64,000 nucleotides of DNA from Octopus sinensis (taxonomy: Eukaryota): the NCBI RefSeq assembly GCF_006345805.1, contig NC_043018.1, positions 6,262,001 to 6,326,000 on the forward strand, in the 5' to 3' direction. The translations under genes were made by a program, and so were the position numbers. Below are positions 61,548-64,000 of this stretch, piece by piece. The notes beneath the pieces are model-generated. The model saw nothing but the letters and a program-made list of their open reading frames with translations. It was not told the origin of the DNA and made no database searches. Each line of letters starts with the position of its first letter. Position 1 is the stretch's first letter.

Positions 61548-61737
61548 CTATGTAATCTCAGGGTTTAAAACAAACATAATTTTTTTTTTTTAGACATTCA
61601 CTAGTACAACAAAAAAACCCCAAATATATGGCACACTAGGCATAACAACAACATGAACTTCCAACTTGTTGTCTCTTGAGATCTCTGTGTGAGACGTGGA
61701 GTCAACTTGTACAAATATAAAGCAAAAGTCAAACATA

Positions 61738-61774
<37 letters not shown>

Positions 61775-61780
<6 letters not shown>

Positions 61781-62150
61781 GAAATTATTGTATACAGTGC
61801 TCAAGTGCACCACAACTTGTCAAAAGTGCGTATAAAGTATATGCAGTAATGTACAAATGTCTGGAAAGCGAACAGTGTATGAGTCAGATACATGCTTGCG
61901 TGTGTATGGAGGGGAGAAAATCAGGTGTAGTGTTGGCGAATCTCAGGAAGCATGGAAGTTTTGAAGGTTGCAGTGCTCTGACAACTAACAACCGATGCCA
62001 GCAGTTTGTTCCATGCTTCAGCAGCTCTTAGCGTGAAAAAATGTTTCCGAAAGTCATGGGAGCTGTGCTATTTTCAGACTTTGTAAACATATCCACAGGT
62101 GTTAGACAGGTGGAGTTTGAAAAGGTGCTCAGAGTTTCTTCTATTTTTAA
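61775..62150 (-). mobile_element. CR1-like LINE 3' fragment
   Basis: HDFRKHFFTLRAAEAWNKLLASVVSC.ST.TFK motif typical of CR1 RT C-termini. Confidence 0.7.
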
Positions 62151-62639
62151 TTATTTAAATTCTACCTTTGAGGAAGGATGCAGTGCTCCAACAACTAACA
62201 ACTGATGCCAGCAGTTTGTTCCATACTTCAGCAACTCTTAGTGTGAAAAAATGTTTCCGAAAGTCATGGGAGCTGTGCTGTTTTCTGACTTTGTAAACAT
62301 GTCCATGGGTGTTAGACAGGTGGAGTTTGAAAAGGTGCTCAGAGTTTCTTCTGTTTTTGATTATTTAAATTCTACCTTTGAGGAAGGAATTGGTTTCTAA
62401 CAAAGATACAAAGCTTCATCCTTCAAACGTAAATAACAAAAGCAATGTCACATTCTAAACTTGAGAAAACTCTTGCATATTTTTACTGTTTCACTTACAG
62501 ATTGTATTTTTAACGTATGAGTCAAATGGTTGATTTCTTTTTCTGAAAACCCTACTTTATCCAGCTTGTCACGTAGACATTTACTCACAAAACCAAGTGC
62601 ATCAATTATTATTGGTATAAATGTGAATATATTTATTCA

Positions 62640-63115
62640 CAGGAGTGGCTGTGTGGTAAGTAGCTTGCTTACCAACCACATGGTTCCGGGTTCAGTCCGA
62701 CTACGTGGCACCTTGGGCAAGTGTCTTCTACTTTAGCCTCGGGCCGACCAAAGCCTTGTGGGTGGATTTGGTAGACGGAAACTGAAAGAAGCCCGTCGTA
62801 TATATTTTATCCAGTTTCAGCTCACGAGCTGTGGCCATGCTGCGGGCAGGATTAATATATGTATATATATATATATATATGTACACATATGTGTGTATGT
62901 TTGTATCTGTGTTCCCCCCACCCCCGCCAACATCGCTTGACAATCGATGCTGGTGTGTTTACATCCCCGTAACTTAGCGGTTCGGCATGAGAGACATATA
63001 GAATAAGTACTAGACTTACAAAGAATAAGTCCTGGGGTCGATTTGCTGAACTAAAGGCAGTGCTCCAGCATGGCCACAGTCAAATGCCTGAAACAAGTAA
63101 TAGAGTAAAAGAGTA
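62640..63115 (+). mobile_element. SINE family A
   Basis: Head at 62640, family tail at about 63110. Confidence 0.85.
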
Positions 63116-63521
63116 AAGAGTCTATAATCTAAATATAGAAACTGGAGGTATGGTAGGTGTATATGTATTAGTTTATTCTTCCACTCTTTTCTCGTCCATT
63201 TTTCCCATCCTAGTATTGATTGAACCAATAAATATTAGAGGCATTGTTTGTTTGTTTTTTTATAGGTGTCTGCCCTTTCCATAGCTTATCCCTACCTGTT
63301 CTACTAGTAAGGTACTTTTTGTTCCATTACAGAGTTAGTAGATGCTTTGGTTGACAGGCAATGTCACAATATACACATTCACACTGACACAAATATATAC
63401 ATATAGGTGTGTGTGTGTGTGTGTATATTTATATATATATATGTGTGTGTGTGTTTGCCTGTGTATGTGTGAGTGTGTATATATATATATATATATTTAT
63501 GTATTTGTGTATGTATGTATC

Positions 63522-63553
<32 letters not shown>

Positions 63554-63554
<1 letters not shown>

Positions 63555-63822
63555 TTATATAAAAGGGCTTAGTAAAATAAATACTTTGCCGCATACTGAA
63601 CTCGTTAGAAATAGCAGCTAAAAAACTATTTCTAACACTTAAAGAAAACCTCTCTCATATAGTGTTTGCTCAATTCAACTCAAGAAAGAAATTGAGTTGA
63701 ATTGAGCAAACACTATATGAGAGAGGTTTTCTTTAAGTGTTAGAAATAGTTTTTTTAGCTGCTATTTCTAACGAGTTCAGTATGCGGCAAAGTAATTATT
63801 TTACTAAGCCCTTTTATATAAT
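63554..63822. mobile_element. near-perfect 269-bp palindrome (MITE-like)
   Basis: About 130-bp arms, 8-nt loop GAAAGAAA, embedded in TA-rich flanks. Confidence 0.85.
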
Positions 63823-64000
63823 GTAATAATTTGAATTTGCCTTAAATGGTCCCTTTGCATACTGAATACTTGGTGAAATTGATTAATTAATTAATTAATT
63901 TTACCCTCAATTGTTGAAATTATATATATATATATATATATTTGTTGTGCAAGATTTTTTATGTGAAGTCGTGTGTTGAAAAATGACCATTCCGAAATAC

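Overview
AT-rich, repeat-saturated animal genomic DNA. The SINE/LINE families (tRNA-headed SINEs with a Nin-type core, RTE LINEs with (GAT)n tails, TA/CA microsatellites) look like those of a coleoid cephalopod, probably Octopus; this is inferred from remembered repeat families, not from a search. I found no convincing host protein-coding gene, only a few weak exon candidates, so the window may be a large intron or intergenic DNA. Most entries in the ORF track are translated microsatellites or antisense repeat frames. Real coding remnants are all transposon-derived: RTE LINEs (APE/RT), Penelope-like elements (PLEs, GIY-YIG), RLE-type and CR1-type LINE ends, and Tc1/mariner (including DD37D) transposases. 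The most notable signal, read by hand from the sequence, is a dense set of about 13 type I hammerhead-ribozyme motifs from about 10 different PLE terminal-repeat families. Nearly all have a palindromic, dimer-type stem III. All of C3-G8, U3-A8 and G3-C8 core pairs occur naturally. Several copies sit as inverted pairs in MITE-like foldbacks, and several appear knocked out by CpG-type mutations. Coordinates were counted manually and may be off by a few bases.
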